From Phoronis australis (taxonomy: Eukaryota > Animalia > Phoronida), in the NCBI GenBank assembly GCA_002633005.1, contig NMRA01000071.1, positions 555,628-619,627 of the forward strand: a stretch of 64,000 nucleotides of DNA, read 5' to 3'. Positions within the stretch are counted from its first letter, which is position 1, and each line of letters begins with the position of its first letter. A program made the translations under genes and the position numbers. The notes under the pieces were generated by a model. That model was given only the letters and a program-made list of their open reading frames with translations. It was not told the DNA's origin and ran no database searches. Of the stretch, positions 27,341 to 40,500 are shown one piece after another.

Positions 27341-30300
27341 CAGGCCCGTAGGAAGGAAAAAATTATTGGGGGGGGGGGGGCACAAACCAATTTGACTTCG
27401 CCAAGCTACCCCCTTGCAATCTTCACTACGCCCATTCTCTGGATGTCACCATATTTGTATCGAACCCCACCCCCAAGTCCGCCATAGGTGGGGGTAATAC
27501 CGGGGATGCAGCCATCATTATTTGAGTAATCGTGAACCAACAAAGATTCACGGAGAGCAAGACTGGGTCTAGGCCCTCCCGAGCGCACTGACGGATAGCT
27601 GGAAGCTGTCTGAAGTAACTTTAGCTGGGTCGAAGGTCAAGGTTCCTTTTACTATGATCCAGTTTCGGGAAAACTTCATTTTATTATGGCCATTCTTTGA
27701 AGTAATTTTTGGAAAGGTGAGGTCCCGAGGTGCCTGGTATGAGTGCCTTTGTGGCCGTTTCAGAATACCTTGATGAAACACAGCCGGTAGTCCAGTTTCT
27801 AGTTGCTGAGGGAAAATGATATAGAGTTTGTCCCAAAAATTTACGCACATCAACGTCTGGAGTTCAAATTCAGTTCCTTTGGGTAACTGAGATTCTAAGC
27901 AGGCCTACTGCATGGTTACACCTTATTTTTAACCTGGGTGTGCCTATCATGACGTGCTCTGTGTAGGCGCGCACCTGGAAGGCTCGATGGCAAAGTGGAC
28001 AAAAAGGTCCGCCTCAGAGAAACAAAAAGTCCGAGAAAAACGAAACAAAAGTCTGCTTAAGAGGCAAGAATCACACAACCCATAGCCCTGAACGAACCCC
28101 GTATTCGTTTTTTTCTTTAATAAAAGGTCCACATCTTCAAAAATTCGAGCCCCCCTATATTTTAGGTTGGGTGCGCACATGGCGTGTGTGTAGTATGCAC
28201 GGGAAATGCAAGCAAACGATTCAGTTTTGAAGAACAAAAATTCATTGCGCAATACTACTGGAAACCAAAAACATCAAGGAAGTTCAAAGACAACCTTTCC
28301 AAGTTGTTGACTAATAAATTTGATTTGATTTTATTTATTTAAATACTTAAATTTCGTTTTCGATCTACGGTTATTAAGCTTAAACCCAGTAATCTAGTTC
28401 CTGAGCCAATAAACAATTTATTGTCATTTCAATTGTGAGAACATTTTAGGACACATTTTTGAGCTGTCCTTCATCAATTTCCTTGAGACTTATTTCAGAT
28501 AAACAAAAATCTTTATTGTTCTTTTATATTTGGAGATCTGATGATAGATTGAATTTTCCCAGTGTCGGTCTGCAATTAAGTTCATTGAAGTATTGTCATT
28601 TCTTACAAGATAAGCTTCTAATTGCCAAAAAATCATCTCTCAATCAGTAAACTTTCGTAGATACATAAACATGTAAATCAGAAACCAACAATTAAATTCA
28701 TGAGCAATGCGTTTACCTTGATTTAATGACTTAATTCCTTTTTAATCCCCTGTTAGTGACTTTAAACAACAAATCTTGTACCGAATTCAAAAAGCAATGC
28801 ATTTATTGTCATTTGAATTGTGAGCAAATTTTTTGGCAAGTGGCTAAGTTTCATCAATGTTTTTGAGAGTTATTTTAGATAGGCAAAAAGCGTCCATGTG
28901 CACTTTACTATTTAGGGATCGGATTATAATTTATGTTCCATATTCAGGCTTCAACTAAATTCCCTGAATCCTCATCATTTCTTAAAAGATTAGCTTCTAA
29001 CTGCCAAAAATCACCTATTAACCTGTCAGTTTTCGTAGATACATAAACATCTAAATCAGAAACCAACAAATTTGTTGATTAAAGCGGAATGTTATAATCA
29101 AATTCCGCAGCCATGCTCGCAGACTTTTGACGGGAAACATGGGGAATGTGGGAGATTGGGCATTCATAGTGACGTGTATTTTTGGTCTTTCCGAGGTATC
29201 TATAGCGGTTCACGAGTTTAAATTGACCTCAAAAAAAAAAAAAAAAAAAAAAAAAAACAGCTCAAATATTTGTTTAATTTGTTGCGAGTATTTAGGTACA
29301 CTCATTTGACATGTATACGGTCACACCAATGGTAGCCTCGACAGCAGTGTTTTCCACATGTGGTAATTCCTTACAAACAATTCATAGTAACCATCTCCAA
29401 AAGAGATGCTATTCTTGAGATAATATGGGAAACAGTAACATTATTTTATAACTAACCATCGGAAATAGTCCTTTTGCGTGATTAACAAACAGCGGTCTTC
29501 ACGTTCTTTAGAATTCCTGATTTCCTTTCGATGATGGTCAATCCTATTGTATTTTTTTCACATTTTTTGGTTGTTTGGGGCGAATGTCTTGATACTGCTG
29601 TGCTGTGCACGAATGTTTTGTGTTTTTTGATGAATTTCGAATTACAACTTTCCTCGTGAATACTTGGCAGTGTCGGATTTAAGTATATAGAGGGACAAAG
29701 GGACATTTCTGCGAACTGCTCCACCGAGAAGGGGTCCCGTCTGAAATAGGACACCTTAATGATGAAAAGCTAAACATCATTAAGCTTGGAAAAGACTGGC
29801 AGTTCATTCCATTGTCGTGTGGTCAGACGACGGTGCAGGAAGTGACCTTCTTCAACATGAAAGTTGGTTGCACGATTTCTCAAAAAACTGACGTAATCGA
29901 GTCCAACATTTGGTCCTCTCTCCGTGTGCGTACCCTTAAGAATTTGTCAATAGAAACATAAAAACTGTGGCCACTTGAATGTCATCAATGGCCTCCTTCA
30001 GACGTGGAGCACCTCTATGTAAAAGTATCTATAATTTCAAAAATCAAGAAATGCGCAGCAATTGATGATATCTGTCAGGTCATCAATTTTTCTCAAGTGA
30101 TATACAATTGGAGAAAAAAGCGAGTTTTCTCCGTTATCCCTTGCCAGAGAGGACCCTCTGGAAAAATATGGTTTTGCACTCGCAAAATTGACTTAGTGAA
30201 TTTAAAAATCCAGTAAATTAATACGCTTCGCTTTACAAATTGTGTCAATTTTTTCGAAATAAATGCATGAATCATTACGTGCACGTTTCCAAGTGCATTT

Positions 30301-30542
30301 AGATAACCTGTGCTGCGAAAGCGGAGACCCCAACAATAATGTCCTGACCAGGGTCCTCCATGCACTGATACAGAGTTGTTAAATGTTCTCTTGAGTTTTA
30401 TCTGTTATCCGCATTTAGCAGTATTTCTTTTCTCGACCGTCCCCGCCCCACGCGTATGTCGGTTGCCACGATTTAACCCTGACGCCTGAAATTTTTTTTT
30501 TGGGGGGGCGTGCCCCCCGGCCCCCCGCTTCCTACGGCCCTG
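27341..30542. mobile_element. 3.2-kb non-autonomous TIR DNA transposon (hAT-like) with 5-bp TSD
   Basis: TIRs CAGGCCCGTAGGAAG / CTTCCTACGGCCCTG; TATTA on both flanks (27336-27340, 30543-30547). Minus-strand relic YQAPRDLTFPKITSKNGHNKMKFSRNW resembles a hAT N-terminal (TTF-type) segment. Confidence 0.75.
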
Positions 30543-30753
30543 TATTAAACTGTGTCACACGAGCGGCTGATTAAAGATGCTTGTAGTACGATATCCCAAG
30601 AAGTGCGTGCGCATTTAAGCAAAGGCACATTTAATCGGCAGTCACTCGTCATGACACTGTAATGAATAAGGGCGAGCGGTTGATGAGTGCCTGTGATTTA
30701 AGTAAGGTTGTACCTGCACTAACTTATGGAATGTCAATCGGAACAGTAAACAA

Positions 30754-30910
30754 CTGGCGTGCGTTCAGTTGACGCTAGGACCTACGCTAGGACCTAGCTA
30801 AAATCTAGTCAAAGTCACGTGTTCTCGTTTGAAATACACGGCAATATCTCACGTAATTTTGCGAAGTCTTGCTTTTTAGCTAGGCCCTAGCGTTACTGAA
30901 CGGGAGGCTG
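30754..30910. mobile_element. MITE family D (GTTCAGT-ACGCTAGG TIRs)
   Basis: GCGTTCAGTTGACGCTAGG...CCTAGCGTTACTGAACG. Reverse-orientation relatives at about 10665-10777 and 42983-43110. Confidence 0.65.
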
Positions 30911-31895
30911 GCTGGCTTGCTTTACGAAGGCTTTTATAGAAATGTATCTTCTTTGTGGCCAAGGAAGTCAAACCTTTCAAAAAGAAAGATAACACATTTT
31001 TTGAATCTCAAAAAGTATTTGCTTTCTCACACGTTGCCTTGGCCCTTGTTTTGTTTGCCAATTTTTTTCTGTCTTGTCTCCGTGTTTGACCGGAAGTAGT
31101 GTTTGTTCGTCATCGGAATATGAAACCGTCTCAAACATGCCACTCAACTCTCCTCAGAATGAGAAGCCAAATTTGAATAACAATAGCTTTGGGGAGGTCC
31201 CTCATTCTCAGAAATGAGGGATACAAAGCGATGTGATGAATTAGCTTGCTCCACAAAACGATGTCAACTAAGTGAAATAGGTCACGTGATACTCATTGGC
31301 TGGCCCACAGTTGACAGGCAACGCAGACCAACTGTGGATGTGTGCTTGGAGAAAATTTCGTTGCGTTTGAGTAAGTAAATTTAAAAGTGTGGTCATATTC
31401 CTTGAGCCAGGTTCATTATCTGTTAATATGTGCAAAATGCAGTGCCTCCTTCGTTTACGCAAAGTGAAGATGTGAGCTAGCCCGATATCTCAATTCGAAC
31501 CAACTGCACGGCAAGCTTAAATTTAAGTTACAATCAATGTGACAGGATTGAGTGTCGAGACTAGGATCTTTCATGAGATCCCGGGTCTTAGTGGAAATTT
31601 AAGGCTGTGTTTTTACCTGTTTAGTTGGCTAAAACGAAAATTGAATTAGGCCTTTACTCTCACAAATTTGGTCTCCTCACTGTCACAAAGATCAAACAAA
31701 CCATAAGCGGCAAAAGAAGAAGTTTTAGAGTTCATTGGCGCTGGACAACCTTGAAATTTAAGTCGAAAATGGCGCATGCGTATCTTCTCACAGCCTGCAA
31801 CTTAAGTTGGCAACGAAAATTGATTTGTACCATATGTAAGGAAAACTATTTAAACCGATTTGATGAGAAGGAAAGGTCTAAAACAAATTTTGTTC

Positions 31896-32061
31896 TTAGT
31901 CAACTAAACAGGACACGGTGTGCAGCATTTAGTCAACTAAACAGGACACGGTGTGCAGCATTTAGTCAACTAAACAGGACACGGTGTGCAGCATTTAGTC
32001 AACTAAACAGGACACGGTGTGCAGCATTTAGTCAACTAAACAGGACACGGTGTGCAGCATT
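31896..32061. repeat. 33-bp minisatellite, 5 copies
   Basis: Unit TTAGTCAACTAAACAGGACACGGTGTGCAGCAT. Confidence 0.95.
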
Positions 32062-33779
32062 AAATGGGCACTCTCCTTATAGCCACAGTCTAAGAGAAAC
32101 CTATTGTCTGTAAAAACGGATCTCAAAAAGTTTACTTGATTTCCACCATCAGATGGAATGGCAATTGATCACTTGGTATTGACGTGAGCAAAGTTTTAAT
32201 CCTAACTGAAATCGGGAGCGCGGGTTGGGAATTGAAACAAAAGTTTTCAGTTTATAAAAACGTTCGAAGTCTTCTTCACGACTTAAAAACCCTTGTCTAA
32301 CTCTAAACATAACGATTAATTTCTTTTGCTCTGATTCTTACGCATCTGTGTGAGGTGTATTCATCAGCTACAAATTTGTCACGAATCACACGAATGCACA
32401 TACGAATCAAATAACAACTGAGTTGCTTTTAATCATACCTGAGTCGTATATGAATTCGTTATACACCACCAAAATATCTCACCTGGATATCAGCATGGTT
32501 AGACTATTCAGTTCTTATGACACATCTAATTACGATTTTTAGAGTAAACAATGGAGATGTGTTCTAAGAACCAAGGAATTAGTATACGCTTATCATCCGA
32601 TTCCAAGCATTCGCGCGGTATTCGTAATCGCTTCTATAAGTTTTTATTCAGTTCTGGACAATAATTGTGCGTATCGGGCTGAGTAATCACGGATCTGAAC
32701 ATTTGTCAATCGGTGAGAAGTCGTGGTCTTAGTAGACATAGGACAATACTTGTGGAGAAAAATCTTGACCCTTGGAATACTGAGTTATCATACAGCTTTC
32801 TCCAATAATTCCACATTCCAGCCTGGTTGGCTAATCATTTCGAGGCTTCGACATTCTCACCGAGGAAGTGACATCATGTGAACTCGAGCCGCCTTGCGCT
32901 AACGCCAGCCCAAGATCTTAACTGATTGAAATCCTAACGAAGCTAATCCTAACGTTAAGCCGAACCCGAACCCTAACCGTCACTCACCATAACCCTTAAC
33001 CTAAGGTGTGACGTCATTTTTGACTGTTCTTTAATTTGGTGATGATGCCGAACCGTCACCGTGTCCGTTGTGAAAGTTCATGTCACGTCAAACGCAAAGT
33101 TGCTCAGGAACACTCAAGTTTCTCTTGTATAATTTTACGTGATCCATCATGGTATTATGGAACGCGTCTAGTGTCACCTTGTGACAATTAGTGATTCGGA
33201 CTCATCTGAATACAATTAGGCGGATCGCAGTTGACTCGAAAAGGAATTTATCCGAAGCATGTCAAGTAGGCTATCAGTTTGACGAATATGACGTTGTGGT
33301 CTAATCAGTGATGACGTATGCTCTGATGTCAGTCATTTTACGCGCCAACTGAGCCAAAACCTGCCCAGCCAAAAGGTCACCCACCCACTGCACTGTCGTA
33401 TTACTTGAAACAACGTAATCTGCCTGCGACTTGCGGAAATGACACGACACAAAAGAATTGAGGAAGTTTTGAATGAAATTCTCGGATTTCCAAGTCGTGA
33501 AAACAGGCTGTCCAGCGAAAATAACGGAAGCGTGATTGGTTTGTTCAACAATAACCTTGACACTGATTGGTTATTTTAAGAACATCGACGCGTTCGACGA
33601 CTTAACGCGTCACCTGGTCAGGAATTACTCGACACAAGGTGACGCTAGGCGCGTTCCACATCGTTCCACATGGTATTCAGTGATCTCGACAAAAACTAGC
33701 CGCGCTCGAGAATTTACATATTGTCGTCGTTTTCAAAACTGTGTTTTTTCCTGTATGAATCGGTTTGTGATATCCTTAA

Positions 33780-34489
33780 AGGAGAACGCCACCAAAAAAA
33801 AACGTATTTTGTATCAATTTAGATCGAGTGTTTCCACTCGACAACGGCAAGTTCAGTTCTTTTACTTGACACTAGACGGCAGACGGAGGTGCTGAAATTA
33901 ACCAATGACGTCACAGGTTCTAACACATTCGGCTCAGCAGTTCACAAAATGCTTCTGGTGTCAGCTTATCACTTGAATTCATCGTTTTACACCAATAAAT
34001 CACCAAAATTCGGTGGAAAACGCTTACAAATACATCGGGTTCTTAAACAAAAGAGTTGTTTTATTTCACTGTTACGGATTTATAGACATTTTGAACTTAC
34101 CGTAGACTTTGACACTTTGATTCAGTTTTACACAAACATTGGTTGGGGTGAGAATAATTCATTTTGAAACAGAACAATGGTGGTCACAGACACGGAAATA
34201 TTTCACGGCCTCATACTTCGTATTAACGGCGTTCTTTCCATTATTTACTGCCGCGAATCCTTTTCGAAGCATTACGGATCCTCGCAGCTTCACGGTTCGT
34301 ACAAGCGGGAAAGATAGTGGCACACACTCAGTTGAAGGAGCACTGACGTCGCTGCGTCGTGTACTCACCTTCCTCACAGGTGAACGCGACACCTTTCGTT
34401 AAGGTGTGATCGCCTGTATAGTGTGTTGATGTGGATATAGACCGACTAAGACGGCAACAAAAACTAATTAAATCAGGTGACATTATCCT
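33780..34489. mobile_element. Non-autonomous Kolobok-like DNA element
   Basis: TTAA|AGGAGAACGCCACC at the left end and GGTGACATTATCCT|TTAA at the right: imperfect 14-bp TIR, AGG...CCT termini, TTAA TSD. Confidence 0.65.
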
Positions 34490-34520
34490 TTAAACGAATG
34501 TATTTACAGCAGGCTGCATA

Positions 34521-37500
34521 ATGTCTGATCACAACCAGCGTTCACGGGCAGATACGTTTGTGAAATGGGCTTTGCATCGATTGGATGATTTGATTGACAA
34601 GTCCGATGTGGCATTGATGAAGATTACACCCGAATCTATTGAGGGCGTGCAGCAACATAAAGAGGTACAGTACTGTATAGAAACCCTTATTTCACAAATT
34701 GACTTCGGTTTGATTTGCATTATGTGCTTAGCTAAACCGACAATTCTTATGCCCGCCCTCGCACTTAAGCACGCACGCACGCACACATGTGGGTACATAT
34801 TGGTGCCTTCTTTGTCTGGGCTTCCGGGTATGGAGGGTGTGCCCTGCTTCCGCGGTCGTATCTCCAAAAGCTTTTGAAGGATGATTATAGCGAAAGTTGA
34901 CAGCTGTATTCCTATGGAGATGACTATGGATGAAGACAAAAGACCACGGCTTTCGGACGAATAGGAGTACCGTTGTGCACCCCAGTAGAAATTCTAACAT
35001 CTTACGTTTGTCCCTGCATCATTGGAGTCCCTTGACGGATTTGAAAAATTATGCTTAAATTAAGGAATTACGGAAAATTTCGATGTATTCACCAAAGGCC
35101 CTTTTATCATTTAAGAACCTCTGTTTTGATGTCTCTTTATGGAACCAAACTTTTGACGGATAATTACGAAAATTGGCAGATGTGAATGACATTGATCTTT
35201 GGATTCGTTTGACTGCTAAAGCGCCCCGTCAATCATTTCCAAGAACTGACAACCGTGTCCCACTTTACATAACGCTAAATAGTCGTGAGAGACCGTCCGG
35301 AGTTGATATATGGTGCAACTCCGGACGGTCTGGGGTCAACAAAAACCACAGTTCAACTGTGAGTCTACACCAATGTGATGAACGGGAGTAGTTCTACTTG
35401 CGTCAGCTGCAGGTATGGTTATCTCTTTTATGACACACAATGTATGACTTTGCAAAGCGTTTTCAAAATAAATCAGTGGAGTCTGAGACAATTCTACGCT
35501 ATGTTTTTCAAATTCAATATATTATGCGCCACCTGGTGGCCATTTTTATTGTTCACGAGTTTTCCAAGTGTCCGCCTTCCGCATTACTACCTTCCAAGCA
35601 ACTCAAAGGATCATTGTGAAAATTGGCAAGTCCGTTCCTGCTCAGAAGACAACGACCGATATGGTATGAGTAGTACGGCGTCCGCTAGTGGCAATTTTGT
35701 TATATTTATTCCATCCACGGCCCTTTCCCATATACTTATTTCAGAATGTGTAAAACTTTAAGTGTATTTTTTATGAACGAAATAACCGATGACGACTTCT
35801 TTCGGGTCAGTCCAACTACCGGTGTGAACAGTTTTATTTTTTTTTTGCGATTGCCTCTGTATCTTAGGAATTACTTGACGGATTTTCATGAAAGTAATTG
35901 CGAATAGGTTTCTATTGGGGAGACGTCTTCGACGTCATATTTTTGAAGGATTCGACATATTCTACGCCCCCCAGCTGTCAGTGTTACGATACTAATAAGC
36001 TGCCCTAGGAGCATACCGTTTGCAGACCAGTTGTGGGACGGTATATTGTAACGTAAAATACAAACAGGTGACTTTGTCAGAAACTTAGACATATCTACAG
36101 CCTTATGACTCGGAGACCTGTTGGCAGGCTGCATTTGTCTCTTCTTTTGACACTCGTTGGTCCTGACAGAATTCTTGCATATCACCTCTGTCGCTGCTTT
36201 TTTGTAAAATATTTTTGTCGTGATTTAAGGAGCGACATGAGTTTCAGAAGTTGAAAGTAACTTGGGGGGAGGAGCGTGACGTATGTTAATTGTAAAACAA
36301 TAAAAGACATGACTCTGAATGTTCGAGAGGTTTTCAGTTGCCAGTAATAATCGACGTGACTGTGTTTCAGAGGTGTATTCAGTGTGAGGCGGAGAAGTTG
36401 AGCTCTCGGAGGCCACGAATGTCTCGAGCACGTGCTTCCATCCAACGGCGGAGTCTCAACTGTACCAAACCACTTGATGGCGCTAGTGTTGAGAAGTGTA
36501 GCCTCCCGGGACAGCTGAAGGTTGAAGGTGCCGTACTGAAACAAGAAAATGGCGTGGTAAGATGTAGAATATACGTCTGTGAACGGCTGAAGTGTCTCAA
36601 CTGTTAACAATCAATACCACATCGAAAGCTATTTGGAAAGAAGAAATCGTATGACTTCACACCCCACGATTTATAGCCAGTGACTGACAGATCTTCATCT
36701 GCTTGATGTCACATTAATCAATTTAATGCAGTTTTCAACATTATGTTTCAGTTAGTTCCAGTGCAATCCTCGTACAACCTCTTAACGACCGTATACTGCA
36801 TGGCCGTGCTTGTGCCTCTGAACATCTTGGTAAGTCACGTGACACATTCTAAATTAATTACTGCTTACCATAATACAAGTTTTAAATAAATTTAAACTTC
36901 ATCAAAGCGAGGTCGGTCAACAGGTAATTTTTCATACTCCAGTCATCAAATTTGGCAAAGCAATCCACTTGCTTTGCACGTCACGTGTGTCTGAAGATGT
37001 TCTTGCGTCATCTGCTTTGTAATATCCCTGGCTTCGTGGTAGGTTTGTGGTCTGAAGATACTACACAGAATGACGAATCAGCTGTACAGAGGTCCTAGAC
37101 CGCGACACCTGGTGCCGCAACTGTCCACACCAAGCAGTACTCGGCGATTCGTTTCACCCAAGAAGCGCTTACCAAGAAAGTCATCTGGTTCATTGTTCAG
37201 TAAACTAAATGAATGGTTTTGGACATTTTGTCAGAAGCGACCAGTGTCTCGCTTCAAGTTAACGGAGTCTGGTGAGTTGCGGTTGTTGCCATAACGCTTT
37301 GGCCTCAGAAGGCGTTTATTCTTCATCCTCTGAAAGCTCGCCGTGGTATTAAGTAAAAATGATTTATCGACTACTGGTATGTCCCTCGTAGGGATATCCG
37401 GGTTTGTTTTTGCTTTTCACTATAATATAATTATCAATTCTTTGATTTTCACCACGACTGAGCTGTGTGTGACCTACGAAAACACAAAATTTTCGGAAAT

Positions 37501-40500
37501 GACCCCTAAAATAAACGATGACCTGGAGCAATTGTCTGACGAGAATACTTTTTTCTACCATGCATGATTTCTTGATGCACTGAACTATTGTTTAGGATGC
37601 CATATGTCCATATGTCCATATGTCCATATGTCCCACAAAATGTGTTGGTTCCTGCCACTTATCATTCGGTTGACCCCTAGACCAGTCCCTCGTCTATGCT
37701 GCCGCCTCTCTGATGATCTCCTCATAACCACTGTCGTTGTGAAATTTTGCATATGAGTTTCTATGAAGCTGCTCTGCCCCCTAGTGGCAATTTTAGTTGT
37801 TTTACGTTTGTCTCTTAATCTTTGGAGTTCCTTGATGGATTTGCATCAAAATTTAGCAGATAGGTTTCTTTTTAAGAGACGATGACGCCTTCCCGTTTAA
37901 TTTAAAAATAATTGAGTATGTTTTGACGTCCGCCTTCCTATCCGCCAAACTGCTCCAAGAAGGAGATGTGTTCCTGGTGAGAAGACCGTGGCTGACACTG
38001 CTTTTCGGACAGGTTCGACTGCTGTGGGGACTCCTAGTGGCAGTTTTACTTTCTGCGTTCACGGCTGTATCTCCTTATCTCTTGGGACGGTCTTTGTGAA
38101 ATTGGAAGACGTGTTCCTATTTACGTTTACCTCTGTATCTTCCAAATTCCTTGATAGATTTTCGTGAAATTTAGCACGTGGGTTTCAAAAAATTGCTGAT
38201 GACACCTTCTTACTTTCAAACGGATTTGATGTATTGTCAGTCACCTGGTGACAATTAAAAAAATGAGTAGATTTTTGACGTCCGACTTCCTATCCACCCA
38301 AGCTTTCTTTGGAGGATCTTTGTAAAATGTGGCAGATATGGACATAATTAACAGATGACGACGAGTTTCATATCAGCCCTGCTTCAGGTGTGCCCCTTAG
38401 TGACATCTTTAGTTTTTTTACGTTTGCTTCTGTACCTTTGGAGTTCATAGATGGATTTTTCTGAAAATTGGCAAATATGTTTCCATTAAGGCAACGACTA
38501 TTTATTTCCATTTTCGGACAGATTAAATAAATTATATTTCGCGCCACTTAATGACTAATTTTATGATTTTGAGTTTGTTGTTTAACGTTTGCCCCTTTGT
38601 CTGCCAAAAGTGTTCAAAGGATCATCGTGAACCATACCCGTTCTCAGTGACCATGGCTGAAATTGACATTTATACCTGTGGCGTCCCCTTGTTGTGCATT
38701 TTTGCGACCATGGCTGCAGCTCCTGATTCCTTTGCATGTTTGTGTACCTTTGCACGTGTTTTCCTGTAGATGTGACAGTGACTCAGGGCCATGACTTTGG
38801 ATGGATGTGACTACCGCTATGCCTCCTTTATCTCCTTGATGTTTTTTCGTGAAATGTGTAAACAAGTCTTTATTTTATAAGGATGACACTATATTTCCAT
38901 TGTGCAATGGATTCTACGTATTTTGCGCCACCTAGTGGCCAGGTCAATTATTTTTGAGTCCGTTTTTGGCCATTTGCCAGTATCGGCTAAACCGCTCGGA
39001 GGACCGTTATGGAAATTGGCACATGTGTTTCTTCTGACATGATCATGATTCTTCAGATAGGTCCAAAGTAACTTTGGTGCTCCCTTGTGACATTATTTTC
39101 GCATTTGCGGCTATATTTACTAAGCCCCTTGCAAGATCACAATTTTTCAAGTCCATTCCTGTTAACTTGACATCAGATGGAGGGATTCGACTACCGCACT
39201 GCCTTCTAATGAGAAGTTGTTTTTTACGCCTGCCTCTGTATTTTTGGAGTTACTTAGTCGATTTTCAGGAAATTTGACAAACAGTTTAAGTAAAAGAGAG
39301 ACGACGACGCTTTCCCAATTTGGACGGGTTTGACATATTCTGCGCCATCTAATTGCCATGTTTATGATAGTAAAACACCATTAGAAACACAACATTTATG
39401 TTGCAATCATGGGCGTATTTCAACGCGAAGCTTTGAACCCGATACAGAAATGTTCAGTCCTCAAAAACAGAAACGAAACCCAGAAAATGAAGAATGCTCT
39501 TTAGACCGTGTATTTTGCGAGCAAGGCAAGACAACGCAAATTCACGCAAGTGAAATGCGGATGTTCCGCAAATGCTTAATGAGTTCTTTACCGTAGTCTT
39601 ACAAAATGGCTGCCATTGAAATGATTTGGTCGGAAAAGGTTAGAAAGTTGAGCTAAGGAATAGATTTTTTTTAAGTTATGGCCTCGAATTTACCGTTTCT
39701 ACGCCACAAGCAAAGATTTTTCGCCCATTCATGTCTATAATGTATTGGCCTATGGCACACACTGCGCCTTTTCGCTATATTTGACGTACAGATTCACTTC
39801 TGTGAGGCCTCTTAAAATTTGTCAGCGAAACGTTTCGGCGACAATAGTTTACCATTCGTATGTAGCATCAGGAAGAGATCTCTTCCTGGTAGCATTCATA
39901 TCCCGCATTATATAACCGGACAGATGCACGTTCATTTTTAAGTCAAATATCGCCTACAGATTGCTGGCACAGTACGTACATAACTGCCGTTTTTCTTTGA
40001 TGTACTGAGACTTATAAGGCCTGCGGACTTAGGATATTTTCGAGTACGGTAAAACTGCTCCATTTTTTGAAAGTTATTATTTTATTCCATAGAAGAAATA
40101 AACAAATCACCAAACAAATCTGCCAAGGAGGCGCAGAAGAGGAAGCGCCACCAGGTGGAGGAAGAAGATGAAGAACTTGACAGTGAAGGTGATGATGTGA
40201 ACTACGGTAACTTCAACTTTGACGATTACAACTCAGAGGACGACACAAACTTTGAGGTACATGCATGCTTAAGTAAATATATATCTCCAGGAAATGACAA
40301 TAAAAAGTTATCGGTCACAAACTGGGTCAAAAAGTCTCCGCCTATTTCTTGATGTTTGAACGGCCGATTCCAAAAAGTTTAAATAAGCTGCGTCTTTTAC
40401 TTCATGCTGACTTGACTATGAACGACAAATGAACGAAGTGAGCAAGTGAATATTACAGCTCATATATAATCGTGCATTCTCGACCAAGCTTATAAAGAGA

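Noticed and set aside
31896-32061. Regular 31-45-bp repeats (also 9357, 26015, 56277) as a possible CRISPR array
   Set aside because: Units are head-to-tail with no unique spacers, there are no cas genes, and the context is eukaryotic.
32930-33005. CCCTAA-like telomeric repeats
   Set aside because: Short and highly degenerate; not a real telomeric array.
34665-34965. Apparent degenerate RING finger (CIMC...CGY..CLLC..CP)
   Set aside because: It needs frameshifts and lies after the GAG|gtacag donor at 34664, so it is intronic in the better-supported gene model.
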